Assembly: GCA_051252135.1 (NCBI GenBank)
Contig: JBPOGH010000025.1
Location: forward strand, 1-48,562
Reading direction: 5' to 3'
From: Verrucomicrobiaceae bacterium
GTDB taxonomy: Bacteria > Verrucomicrobiota > Verrucomicrobiia > Verrucomicrobiales > Akkermansiaceae
Length of the DNA: 48,562 nt
Part shown: positions 39,959-48,562 of the stretch, piece by piece
How positions within the stretch are numbered: position 1 is the first letter of the stretch
Layout of the letters: each line of letters opens with the position of its first letter
The notes under the pieces: generated by a model
Databases searched by the model: none
Told to the model about the DNA's origin: nothing
The model's input: only the letters and a program-made list of their open reading frames with translations
Made by a program: the position numbers and the translations under genes

Positions 39959-42367
39959 ATGCCTGATTCAGTGAGCGATTACGAAAAGCTTGGTTCATTT
40001 TACCTTGGTAAGGAATACGATATTGAGAAGCGTGAGGTGACGGATGAGTTGCAGCTCTATGATTCCAAGGATTTGGTGACGCACGGGGTGGTGTTGGGGA
40101 TGACGGGATCAGGCAAGACGGGTCTTTGTGTGGGGCTGCTGGAGGAAGCGGCGATGGACAATATTCCGGCGATTGTGATCGATCCGAAGGGAGATATTGC
40201 GAACCTGATGCTGACGTTTCCGGAATTTAAGGGGTCGGATTTTCGTCCCTGGATCAATGAGGATGATGCGCGGAAGAAGGGGCGGACTCCTGATGAGCAT
40301 GCGGAGAAGACGGCGCGGATGTGGGAGAAGGGAATTGGGGATTGGGGGCAGTCGCCGGAGCGGGTGCGGCAGTTTAAGGAGAAGGTGGATATCAATGTGT
40401 TCACTCCGGGGAGTAACGCGGGGATTCCGGTGTCGATTTTGAGCTCGCTGGAGGCGCCGCCCTTTGAAGTGATCGATGACGGGGAGTTGTTCGGGGAGCG
40501 GATTGAGTCGACGGTGTCATCGCTGCTGTCACTGGTGGGAGTGGATGCGGATCCGATCCAGTCGCCGGAGGCGGTTTATCTATCGTCGCTTTTTGCGCAT
40601 TGCTGGAGGGCGGAGCAGTCGTTGAGTCTGGAGACCTTGATTCGGCACATTCAGAAGCCGCCCTTTGACAAGGTGGGGGTGATTGATGTGGAGTCGTTTT
40701 TTGGTCAGAATGATCGGCAGAAGTTGGCGTTGAGGTTCAACAATCTGTTGGCTTCTCCCGGGTTTGCGACGTGGCTGGAAGGGCCGCCATTGGACATTCA
40801 GCGGATGATGTATACGGAGGAGGGGAAGCCGCGGGTTTCGATTTTTTCGATCGCGCATTTGAGCGACAGCGAGCGGATGTTCTTTGTGTCGTTGCTGCTG
40901 AACCAGATGCTGGGTTGGATGCGGACGCAGTCGGGCACGACATCGCTGCGGGCCTTGCTCTACATGGATGAGATTTACGGTTACCTCCCGCCGACGGCGA
41001 ATCCGCCGAGTAAGAAGCCGATGATGACGATGCTGAAGCAAGCGCGGGCGTTTGGTCTGGGTGTGCTGGTGGCGACGCAGAACCCGGTGGATTTGGATTA
41101 CAAGGCGTTGTCGAATATCGGAACGTGGTTTTTGGGCCGATTGCAAACCGAGCGTGACAAGGCGCGGGTGTTGGATGGTTTGCAGGGGGCGTCGGACTCG
41201 CAGGGGGGTGGGTTCAACCGGAAGGAGATGGAGAATTTGCTCTCGGGAATTGATTCGCGGGTGTTCCTGATGAACAACGTGAACGATGATCATCCTTCGG
41301 TATTTCATGCGCGTTGGGTGATGAGCTATTTGTGCGGTCCGTTGACGCGGAGAAAGATCAAGGAGTTGATGGATCCGAAGCGGGATCGCTTTTTGCCGAA
41401 GGCGCAGGCTTCTGCTCCGGCAAGTCCGATGGGGATGAGTCAGGCTGCGGCGGCGCCTCCTAAAGGGGAGCGTCCGGTGGTAGGGCAGGGAGTGACGGAA
41501 TATTTTGCGCCTTTTGCGGGCGAAGCGGATGATGTGACTTACAAGCCGGCTCTTTTGCGCGAGGCGAAGGTGCATTTCACTTCAAGCAAGGCGGATCTGG
41601 ACGGGTCGCGACTGGTGCGCTTCGTGAATCCGATGGAGGAGAAGGGGATTGATTGGGAGGCGTATTGCGGCTGCACCATTCCGGTGAAGGAGCTGAATGA
41701 CGAACCTCGAAAGGGGGCGGGCTTTGCGGAGCTTCCGGGTTACGCGATGAATGCGGATAATTACAAGGCGGTGGAGAAGGAGTTCGCCGATTGGGTTTAC
41801 CGCAATGAGCGGGTGAGCTTGTTCCATTCCGATCTTTACGATTTGTATTCGAAGATGGGTGAATCGGAGGGGGACTTTCGGGCGCGGCTGGCGGTGAAAG
41901 GCCGGGAGGCACGGGATGAAGCGATTGATAAATTGCGCGATTCTTACGGGAAGAAGCTCAAGACGAAGACGGAGCAACTGGAGCGGGCGTTGCTGGCTCT
42001 GGATAAGGAGAAATCAGAGGCGTCGAGTGCGAGTTGGCAGGCCGGGGCTTCGGTTCTGGGTGGGCTTTTGGGTGGACTTTTAGGGGGGAGGAAATCGAGG
42101 TCTTCGGGGGTGACCAGTGCGACGCGAGCGTTTAAGCAGCGCCGGGATGTCGGGATTGCCGAGGACAAGGTGGAGGGGATTGAGCGTGATGTTGCGGAGC
42201 TGGAAGCGGAACTCGCGGAAGAGATTGCGGAGCTGGAGGACAAGTTCGATGTGAACACGACGAAGCTCGAGGATGAATCGGTGAAGCCTTACAAGAAGGA
42301 TATCGATGTGAAATCGGTAGCCTTGGTTTGGCTGCCTTATGATGAGGACGGGAAGCCGGTGTGGTAG
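39959..42367 (+). CDS. HerA/FtsK-superfamily P-loop ATPase (DUF87/DUF853-like) with C-terminal coiled coil
   Basis: GMTGSGKT, IDPKGD, LLYMDE, QARAFG and ATQNPVDLDYK motifs. Confidence 0.85.
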   Translation: MPDSVSDYEKLGSFYLGKEYDIEKREVTDELQLYDSKDLVTHGVVLGMTGSGKTGLCVGLLEEAAMDNIPAIVIDPKGDIANLMLTFPEFKGSDFRPWINEDDARKKGRTPDEHAEKTARMWEKGIGDWGQSPERVRQFKEKVDINVFTPGSNAGIPVSILSSLEAPPFEVIDDGELFGERIESTVSSLLSLVGVDADPIQSPEAVYLSSLFAHCWRAEQSLSLETLIRHIQKPPFDKVGVIDVESFFGQNDRQKLALRFNNLLASPGFATWLEGPPLDIQRMMYTEEGKPRVSIFSIAHLSDSERMFFVSLLLNQMLGWMRTQSGTTSLRALLYMDEIYGYLPPTANPPSKKPMMTMLKQARAFGLGVLVATQNPVDLDYKALSNIGTWFLGRLQTERDKARVLDGLQGASDSQGGGFNRKEMENLLSGIDSRVFLMNNVNDDHPSVFHARWVMSYLCGPLTRRKIKELMDPKRDRFLPKAQASAPASPMGMSQAAAAPPKGERPVVGQGVTEYFAPFAGEADDVTYKPALLREAKVHFTSSKADLDGSRLVRFVNPMEEKGIDWEAYCGCTIPVKELNDEPRKGAGFAELPGYAMNADNYKAVEKEFADWVYRNERVSLFHSDLYDLYSKMGESEGDFRARLAVKGREARDEAIDKLRDSYGKKLKTKTEQLERALLALDKEKSEASSASWQAGASVLGGLLGGLLGGRKSRSSGVTSATRAFKQRRDVGIAEDKVEGIERDVAELEAELAEEIAELEDKFDVNTTKLEDESVKPYKKDIDVKSVALVWLPYDEDGKPVW

Positions 42368-42390
42368 GAAGCTTAGGGCTACGGGCTGAT

Positions 42391-42436
42391 CCCAGGGTTG
42401 AAACCCCGGGCTTTGGACCGTTGCCCTTTCAGGGCA
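42391..42436. repeat. REP-like double hairpin
   Basis: CCCAGGGTTGAAACCCCGGG and TGCCCTTTCAGGGCA; related to 3902-3949. Confidence 0.7.
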
Positions 42437-42443
42437 TTTTTTG

Positions 42444-43643
42444 TTAGAGGCTTTCCTTTAGGATGGAGAGGGCCTTGGTGGTTTCTTCCTCGGTGACGTT
42501 GAGGGGGGGGAGGAAGCGAATGGTGTTGGGGCCGGCGGGGGGGACGAGGAGGCCGGCGTTTTGGAGTTTCACACAGAGGGCGATGGAGGGGAGTTTGCCT
42601 TCCGGTGTTTCGAGCGCGTCGGGGTTGAGTCCGATGCCGAGGAGGAGGCCGAGGCCCCGGACTTCGGTGATGGCGGGGTGGTTCCAGCTTTGGATGGTGT
42701 CCCGGATTTGCTGCTCCCGGAGTTTGACGTTGGCGACGAGGTCATCGGCGATGATGGTGTCGATGACGGCCTTGGAGGCGGCGGCGGCGAGGGCGTTTCC
42801 TCCATAGGTTGAGCCATGGCTGCCGGGTCCGAGGAGGGGGGCGTGCTTTTCGGCGACCCAGAAGGAGCCGATGGGGAAGCCTCCGCCCATGCCTTTGGCC
42901 CATGAGATGCCATCTGGTTTGAGGCCGGGGGCGATGGTGTCGAAGCCATTGAGGTTGCCGGTCCGGCCCATGCCGCATTGGACTTCATCGAGAAGCAGGA
43001 GGATGTTGTGTTTCTTTCCGAGGGCAGCGAGCCCTTCGAGGAATTCTTTGGTAGCAACCTGGACTCCGCCTTCGCCTTGAATCGGTTCGACGAGGAAGGC
43101 GGAGGTTTTTTCGGTGATGGCGGCTTCGACTGCGGCGAGATCATTCAAGGGCGAATAGATGAAGCCGGGGAAGAGGGGGCCGAAGCCATCGTGAATCTTG
43201 CCCTGCGCGGTGGCGGACATGGCGCCGATGGTTCTGCCGTGGAAGGATTGATTGAAGGTGATGATTTCGTGCCGTCCGGATTCGACGCCATGTCTCCGGG
43301 CGAGCTTGATGAGTCCGTCGTTTGCTTCGGCTCCGGAGTTGGAGAAGAAGACTTTGCCGGGTTGTTGGACGATCTTTTCGACGAGGAGTTCGGCGAGATC
43401 GGATTGCTGTTTGGTGAAGTAGAGATTTGAGCAATGCATGAGCTGCCCGGCCTGCGCGGTGATGGCGGAGGTGAGGGCAGGGTGGCAGTGGCCGAGCGAG
43501 CAGGTGGCGATGCCGGCGCAGAAATCGAAATACTCATGACCGTCTTCATCCCAAACGCGGGTGCCGGCGCCTTTGCTAAGGGCGAGGGGGAACCTTCCGT
43601 AGGTCTGAAGGACGTATTGGCTGTCTTTTTCGATGGTGGTCAT
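42444..43643 (-). CDS. argD: Acetylornithine aminotransferase (class III PLP)
   Basis: LGHCHP, FSNSGAEAN, SFHGRT, EPIQGEGG, DEVQCGMGRTG, AKGMGGG and HGSTYGGN motifs. Confidence 0.93.
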   Translation of the reverse strand: MTTIEKDSQYVLQTYGRFPLALSKGAGTRVWDEDGHEYFDFCAGIATCSLGHCHPALTSAITAQAGQLMHCSNLYFTKQQSDLAELLVEKIVQQPGKVFFSNSGAEANDGLIKLARRHGVESGRHEIITFNQSFHGRTIGAMSATAQGKIHDGFGPLFPGFIYSPLNDLAAVEAAITEKTSAFLVEPIQGEGGVQVATKEFLEGLAALGKKHNILLLLDEVQCGMGRTGNLNGFDTIAPGLKPDGISWAKGMGGGFPIGSFWVAEKHAPLLGPGSHGSTYGGNALAAAASKAVIDTIIADDLVANVKLREQQIRDTIQSWNHPAITEVRGLGLLLGIGLNPDALETPEGKLPSIALCVKLQNAGLLVPPAGPNTIRFLPPLNVTEEETTKALSILKESL

Positions 43644-44548
43644 GAGTTCTTGGGTTGGATTGTTGGCATGATGGGAAGCTTATTGGAAGCCTTGCGATTG
43701 ATCATCCAGGTGGCACCGAGGGTGAGGACGGCGCCGCAGATTTCGATGGGGCCGAGGGTTTCTCCGAAGAGAGCCCAGGCTCCGGCGGCAGTGAGGATGG
43801 GGAGGATCATTTGCATGGAGGCTCCTTTGGAAACCTCGAGGTGCCGGTAGGCGAAGGTCATGGTGAGTTGTCCAAAGGCGACGACGATTCCGGCGACGAT
43901 GATGGCGGTGATGCCGAGGGCCGGGATTTCGGAAGTCTTGCCATGGGCAAAGGGGAGGGTGATGAGGAAGGCGTAAAAGGCCTGACTCACAAAGATGGTG
44001 GATCCGTGTTCGGTGCGATGAAGAACGCGGACGAGGAGGATGACGATGGCCGAGAGGAGGGCACCGAGGAGGGCGATGGCATCGTAGAAAGAGAAGCCAT
44101 TGAGTTCGGTCTTGGGGCTGAGGAAAATGAGGAGCCCGAGGAAGCCGATGACGATCCAAATGATGCGGAAGGTGCTGAGGGATTCCTTGAGGAAGATGGC
44201 GGCGAGAATGGCGGCAAAGATGGGGTAGGTGAGATTCAGCACGACCGCTCTTGCGGGTCCGAGGTTGATGACGGTGATGTAAAAGCAGACCACGCCGATG
44301 GCTCCGATGAGTCCCCGGATGAAGACGAGGGGCCGATCGAAGATGGAAGCGAAGCGCATGCCGCGATTTCCGCCGTAGAGAGCGAAGGCGATGAGGGTTC
44401 CGGCGAGGCCACGAAAGAGGGTAACCTGCCAGCCATCGCAAGCAGGGAAGTGCAGGGCAATACCGCGGATGGCGAGCGTGTTCAGGGCGAAGAACAGGAT
44501 CGAGAGCAGCATGAGGATGGTTCCTCTGGTTTCCGAAGGTGTGGTCAT
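43640..44548 (-). CDS. DMT/EamA-family transporter, translationally coupled to argD
   Basis: About 10 hydrophobic segments, PIFAAILAAIFLKE and LFGE motifs; 4-nt ATGA overlap with argD. Confidence 0.9.
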   Translation of the reverse strand: MTTPSETRGTILMLLSILFFALNTLAIRGIALHFPACDGWQVTLFRGLAGTLIAFALYGGNRGMRFASIFDRPLVFIRGLIGAIGVVCFYITVINLGPARAVVLNLTYPIFAAILAAIFLKESLSTFRIIWIVIGFLGLLIFLSPKTELNGFSFYDAIALLGALLSAIVILLVRVLHRTEHGSTIFVSQAFYAFLITLPFAHGKTSEIPALGITAIIVAGIVVAFGQLTMTFAYRHLEVSKGASMQMILPILTAAGAWALFGETLGPIEICGAVLTLGATWMINRKASNKLPIMPTIQPKNS

Positions 44549-44653
44549 GTTGATGGGCCGGGAAGAGGAGGGGCCGCGCGGAACAATCGAGAGAGTGGTG
44601 ACTCAGGGAGGTGATTCAGCGGGGCACCTCCGGGTGGAATGATCAAGACATCA

Positions 44654-44722
44654 CTACCGAAGGGCCGAACGAAGCCAAAGGGCGACGCGGCGTCGGTTAA
44701 TGAGTTTGTGGGTGTTGATCAC
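44654..44722 (-). promoter_or_regulatory. Putative Arg-rich leader peptide MINTHKLINRRRVALWLRSALR (22 aa)
   Basis: GTG...TAG on the minus strand, 35 nt downstream of a perfect TTGACA (44757-44752); followed by hairpins before the DMT start. Confidence 0.5.
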
Positions 44723-44801
44723 GGGTGTTAGATGAGGGATGGGATTGAATTTGTCAAGAGAGTGAACTCGCTTTGGGTGACAAAGTCAGGTAAAGGGGGG
44801 T

Positions 44802-45401
44802 ATGAATGAGCAGGAGCGGGCGGCAAAGAATCTGGAGACGATCCGGTCGATGATGGAGCGAGCGACGGTGTATCGGATGATCTCCGGGCCGACGGCTTTG
44901 TTGGGGGGGGGCTTGGTGATTTTGGTGGGTTTCCTGGCGCCGTGGGAATGTTGGAGTTGGAAGTGGACGTGGATTGGGGTGGCGGGATTGGTGGCGCTTT
45001 TTAATACGGTTCTGGTGGTGAGGAAGGCGAAGAGGGAAGGGGCTCCGGTGTTTTCGGCGGGATTGCGGATGGGGATACGGTCGTTGTTTCCGGCGATGAT
45101 GGTGGGGGCGGTGGTGTCATTGAGGGATTTCGCACCGGTGGCTCTGGCGATGGTGTGGACGCTTTGTTACGGGGTGGCGTTGATGTCGACGGTGAGCTTT
45201 GCGCCGCGATCGCTTTGGGTGTTGGGGGCGGCTTTTTTAGCGAGTGGGCTGTTTTGTGTCTTGCGACCGTCGGTGTTCTTGAGTTGCGATTGTCAGTCCC
45301 ACCCGTCTGAAGGCGGAAACTTGTTGATGATGGTAACCTTTGGGGGCTTCCATTTGGTGTATGGGCTTTATGTGATCTTGGTGGAGAACAAGCGACGCTG
45401 A
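44802..45401 (+). CDS. Hypothetical integral membrane protein
   Basis: NLETIRSMMERAT N-terminus, about 6 TM segments, FGGFHLVYG C-terminus; coupled to the regulator gene. Confidence 0.8.
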   Translation: MNEQERAAKNLETIRSMMERATVYRMISGPTALLGGGLVILVGFLAPWECWSWKWTWIGVAGLVALFNTVLVVRKAKREGAPVFSAGLRMGIRSLFPAMMVGAVVSLRDFAPVALAMVWTLCYGVALMSTVSFAPRSLWVLGAAFLASGLFCVLRPSVFLSCDCQSHPSEGGNLLMMVTFGGFHLVYGLYVILVENKRR

Positions 45402-45691
45402 TGGACCTTTCGAAGCTCGATAAGCTCATTCATGAGAAGGCGCGGCTGGGCATTATGTCCCTGCTGGCGTCGCGTGCGGAGCGATGGGCGTTTCAGGATT
45501 TGAAGAGCGAACTGAAGATGAGTGACGGAAATTTGATCACGCATCTGAGGACGCTGGAGAAGGCGGAGTTTGTGGTGTCCGAGAAGATGGAAGGGGTGGG
45601 GCGTCCGCAGACCTTTTATGAGCTGACGGACGAGGGGAGGGTGGCCTTTGAATCCTACCTGGCGGAATTGGAGAAGATCCTCCGGCGCTAG
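45401..45691 (+). CDS. Winged-helix transcriptional regulator (ArsR/MarR-like)
   Basis: LDKLIHEKARLGIMSLL...SDGNLITHLRTLE...GRPQT.Y.LT..GR.AF. Confidence 0.9.
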   Translation: MDLSKLDKLIHEKARLGIMSLLASRAERWAFQDLKSELKMSDGNLITHLRTLEKAEFVVSEKMEGVGRPQTFYELTDEGRVAFESYLAELEKILRR

Positions 45692-46245
45692 TTGGCCAAA
45701 ATATTCTCGGGGGCGCTGGCGATGATGCGGTGGTAGGGGGACATGCCTTTGAGGACTTTTTTCCAGAGTTCGCGGTCGTGGGTTTCGCCGAGGATGGTCT
45801 TGGGGATGTGGGAAGTGAACCAGGATTCGCCTTCGAGTTCTTCTTCGAGCTGATTTTTGGTCCATCCGGAGTAGCCGACGAAGGCGCGGACGAGGGTGCC
45901 CTGGCGGTGGGCGTATCCGATGGCGTCGGTGGCGGAGATGCGGGTGGCGTAGCGGAATTTTTCTCCTTCTTCCCAGAAGGCGGCGAAGGTCATGTGGCCT
46001 TGGGAGACGGGGCCACCGACGTGGACCTGGACGTGGGCGAGGGGGGCGAACTCCTTGTCGGAGAGGAGTTCACCAACCATTTGACCGGAGGGGTGGTTGA
46101 GGACGAGGCCGAAGGCTCCGTCGGCCTTGTTGTGCTCGGCGAGGAGGATGACCGAGCGTTCGAAAACGCCGCCACGCATGGTGGGGTCGGCGAGTAAAAG
46201 CTTTCCTTCCAAAGTTGAAGGAAGGTCAGGGTCAACGTTCTCCAT
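45688..46245 (-). CDS. YqgE/AlgH family protein
   Basis: LLLADP...FERSVILL..H...GAFGLVLN.P, GGPV and GYSGW...QLE.E motifs. Confidence 0.9.
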   Translation of the reverse strand: MENVDPDLPSTLEGKLLLADPTMRGGVFERSVILLAEHNKADGAFGLVLNHPSGQMVGELLSDKEFAPLAHVQVHVGGPVSQGHMTFAAFWEEGEKFRYATRISATDAIGYAHRQGTLVRAFVGYSGWTKNQLEEELEGESWFTSHIPKTILGETHDRELWKKVLKGMSPYHRIIASAPENILAN

Positions 46246-46407
46246 GGCGAAATAATCGTATGGGTTCGATTCGGGGTCAAGGGGTGTTCGAGGTCGGGAA
46301 GTGAATGAATTGAGTTCATTTTGTCCATGAATGCGCCGAAAAGAACCCTTTAGGGGGATGTATTACGGCTTGAATAAAAGGCCGGATTTCGTGAGGGTCC
46401 GCGCCTC

Positions 46408-48378
46408 ATGAATACAGAAGCACTTGCAAGAGCAGCGACAGAGGCCCGGGGCCTCGCGATCGATGGCGTTCACGCCTGTTCCTCCGGTCACCTTGGCCTC
46501 CCGTTGGGATGTGCTGATATGGGTGCCGTCCTTTTCGGTGGATCCCTCCGTTTTAACCCTGCTGCTCCGAAGTGGCTGAATCGTGACCGTTTCATTCTGT
46601 CCGCCGGTCACGGATCGATGTTCATCTACAGCTGGCTGCACCTTTCCGGTTTTGCGGTGAGCCTTGAGGAAGTGAAGAACTTCCGGAAGCTGCATTCGAT
46701 CACTCCGGGTCACCCCGAGTATGATGAGACTCCCGGGGTGGAAGCGACCACCGGACCGCTTGGTCAGGGTGTGGGTAACGCGGTGGGCTACGCTCTTTCC
46801 GCGAAGCGTGCGGCGGCTCGTTTTAATACGTCCGAGCACACGATTTTCGACCAAAGCATTGTGGCCCTTGCCGGTGACGGTTGTCTTCAGGAAGGGGTTG
46901 CGCAAGAGGCGATCGCCTTTGCCGGTCACAACAAGCTGGATAACCTTGTGCTGATTTATGATTCAAACGATGTGACCCTTGATGCGATGGCTGATGTCAC
47001 GCAGGGATGGAATGCCGAGCAGTATTTCCAGAGCCTCGGATGGGACGCGGTGACGGTGGATGGTCACGATCAGGCTGCTTTCAAAGCTGCTTTCGATGGT
47101 GCCAAGGCATCGACCGGCAAGCCATCGGTGATCATTGCCAAGACCGAGATTGGTCGCGGCATTCCCGAAGTGGCCGGAACGGCAAAAGGGCACGGTGAGG
47201 GTGGAGCGAATTTCGCCGAGTCCGCACGTGCAGGTCTGGGACTTCCGGCCGAGACGTTTTATGTGTCGGAGGAGACGCGGGCTTACTTTGCGGCGCAGGC
47301 CGAGCAGCAAGCTGCTGACTTTGCGGCGTGGCAGGTGACCTACGATGCGTGGGCTGCGGCGAATCCCGAGCTGGCCGAGGAGCTGAGCAACGGAGTGGCG
47401 AAGGCGATTCCGAGTGATCTTTCGGATCAGATTCCGGCTTTTGCGCCTGATTACGCCGATGCGACCCGAGGATCGGGTGGCGTGGTGATCAATGCGGTTG
47501 CCAAAGCGGTTCCCCAGTTGATTACGGGATCGGCCGACCTTTATGGCTCGACCAAAAACTACTTGAAGGACCAAGGAGATTTCTCTGCTGCTGATGGCAG
47601 CGGCCGGAACATTTGGTTCGGAATTCGCGAGCATGCGATGGGTGCGATTTGTAATGGAATCGCCTATGACGGTTTGTTCCGTGCGAGTGGAGCGACCTTC
47701 CTGGTGTTTGCGGATTATCTTCGCCCTGCGATCCGTCTTGCGGGTCTGGCGAAGCTTCCGGTGACTTATGTCTTTACGCACGATTCCGTGGGTGTTGGTG
47801 AGGATGGACCGACCCACCAGCCGGTGGAGACGGTGAGCGGCCTGCGTGTGATTCCCAATGTGGATGTCATTCGTCCGGCTGACCCGGAGGAAGTTGCGGG
47901 AGCGTGGTGTGCCACGATGCATCGCACCGACGGACCTACGGCTCTTATTTTGACCCGTCAGAAAGTGCCCACCTACAACCACATTTCGGTGAAGGAGCGT
48001 CGTGATGGAGTTTACCACGGTGCTTACATTCTGAAGAAGGAGGAGGGTGCTCTTGAGAGCATCATTCTGGCGAGTGGTTCCGAGGTGGAGCACGCCATGA
48101 AGGCGGCCGATCAGCTCGGTGGCGGCGTGCGGGTGGTTTCGGTTCCTTGCATGGAGCGCTTTGACCGTCAGTCGGCCGAGTATCGCGAGTCTGTTCTTCC
48201 TGCATCTTGCACGAAGCGGGTGGCGATCGAAGCGGGTGTGAGTGGCCTTTGGCACAAGTATACCGGCCTTGAGGGCACGGTGATCGGGATTGATCGCTTC
48301 GGTATCAGTGCTCCCGGAGACGTGGTCATGAACGAGCTGGGCATGAATGCCGAGACGGTTGTGAAGGCGTTGAGCTAA
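46408..48378 (+). CDS. tkt: Transketolase
   Basis: [45 protein letters not shown] and [16 protein letters not shown] motifs. Confidence 0.97.
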   Translation: MNTEALARAATEARGLAIDGVHACSSGHLGLPLGCADMGAVLFGGSLRFNPAAPKWLNRDRFILSAGHGSMFIYSWLHLSGFAVSLEEVKNFRKLHSITPGHPEYDETPGVEATTGPLGQGVGNAVGYALSAKRAAARFNTSEHTIFDQSIVALAGDGCLQEGVAQEAIAFAGHNKLDNLVLIYDSNDVTLDAMADVTQGWNAEQYFQSLGWDAVTVDGHDQAAFKAAFDGAKASTGKPSVIIAKTEIGRGIPEVAGTAKGHGEGGANFAESARAGLGLPAETFYVSEETRAYFAAQAEQQAADFAAWQVTYDAWAAANPELAEELSNGVAKAIPSDLSDQIPAFAPDYADATRGSGGVVINAVAKAVPQLITGSADLYGSTKNYLKDQGDFSAADGSGRNIWFGIREHAMGAICNGIAYDGLFRASGATFLVFADYLRPAIRLAGLAKLPVTYVFTHDSVGVGEDGPTHQPVETVSGLRVIPNVDVIRPADPEEVAGAWCATMHRTDGPTALILTRQKVPTYNHISVKERRDGVYHGAYILKKEEGALESIILASGSEVEHAMKAADQLGGGVRVVSVPCMERFDRQSAEYRESVLPASCTKRVAIEAGVSGLWHKYTGLEGTVIGIDRFGISAPGDVVMNELGMNAETVVKALS

Positions 48379-48399
48379 GCTGCTGACGACTTATTTTTC

Positions 48400-48433
48400 A
48401 AAGGCCTCTGCGGAAACGCGGGGGCCTTTTTTT
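48400..48433 (+). terminator. Intrinsic terminator after tkt
   Basis: AAAGGCCTCTGCG-GAAA-CGCGGGGGCC-T7. Confidence 0.88.
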
Positions 48434-48485
48434 GTGAGGAATTCCGAAGGGGGGAAATCCTCAAGAAATTCGTAGCGAGAGGAGA

Positions 48486-48562
48486 GAGAGGAGGGAGAGG
48501 AGGGAGAGGAGGGAGAGGAGGGAGAGGAGGGAGAGGAGGGAGAGGAGGGAGAGGAGGGAGAG
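48486..48562. repeat. (GAGAGGAGG)n polypurine tandem repeat running off the window end
   Basis: About 8.5 perfect 9-mer copies. Confidence 0.95.

Noticed and set aside
44560..44730. SAM or other known riboswitch upstream of the DMT transporter
   Set aside because: No recognisable aptamer consensus by eye; an Rfam search would be needed to exclude it fully

Overview
Bacterial chromosomal segment, most likely Verrucomicrobiota (PEP-CTERM proteins, double-length UvrA, sulfatase, lectin-domain Ser/Thr kinase; inferred from gene content only). It is mostly housekeeping genes (acnB, mnmA, ddl-ftsQ-ftsA with no ftsZ following, uvrA, asd, comEC, alr, argD, tkt). Accessory elements include a SauUSI-like PLD/helicase/DUF3427 nuclease next to a truncated vsr, a REP-associated tyrosine transposase with a 6x43-bp REP array, several other repeat families, a BspA-like LRR protein, two PEP-CTERM paralogs and a signal-peptide-bearing ClpP homolog. 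Signals absent from the ORF track: (1) three tiny Pro-rich lipoprotein genes that all end in a C-terminal Lys, with their own promoter and terminators (candidate Braun-lipoprotein-like envelope tethers); (2) an Arg-rich leader peptide upstream of the DMT-argD operon; (3) intergenic 7-mer repeat families found in frame inside uvrA; (4) a recurring TANNNT-6nt-start leaderless gene architecture. No tRNA, rRNA or CRISPR array was recognised. All family calls come from motif recognition by eye; no database searches were run.
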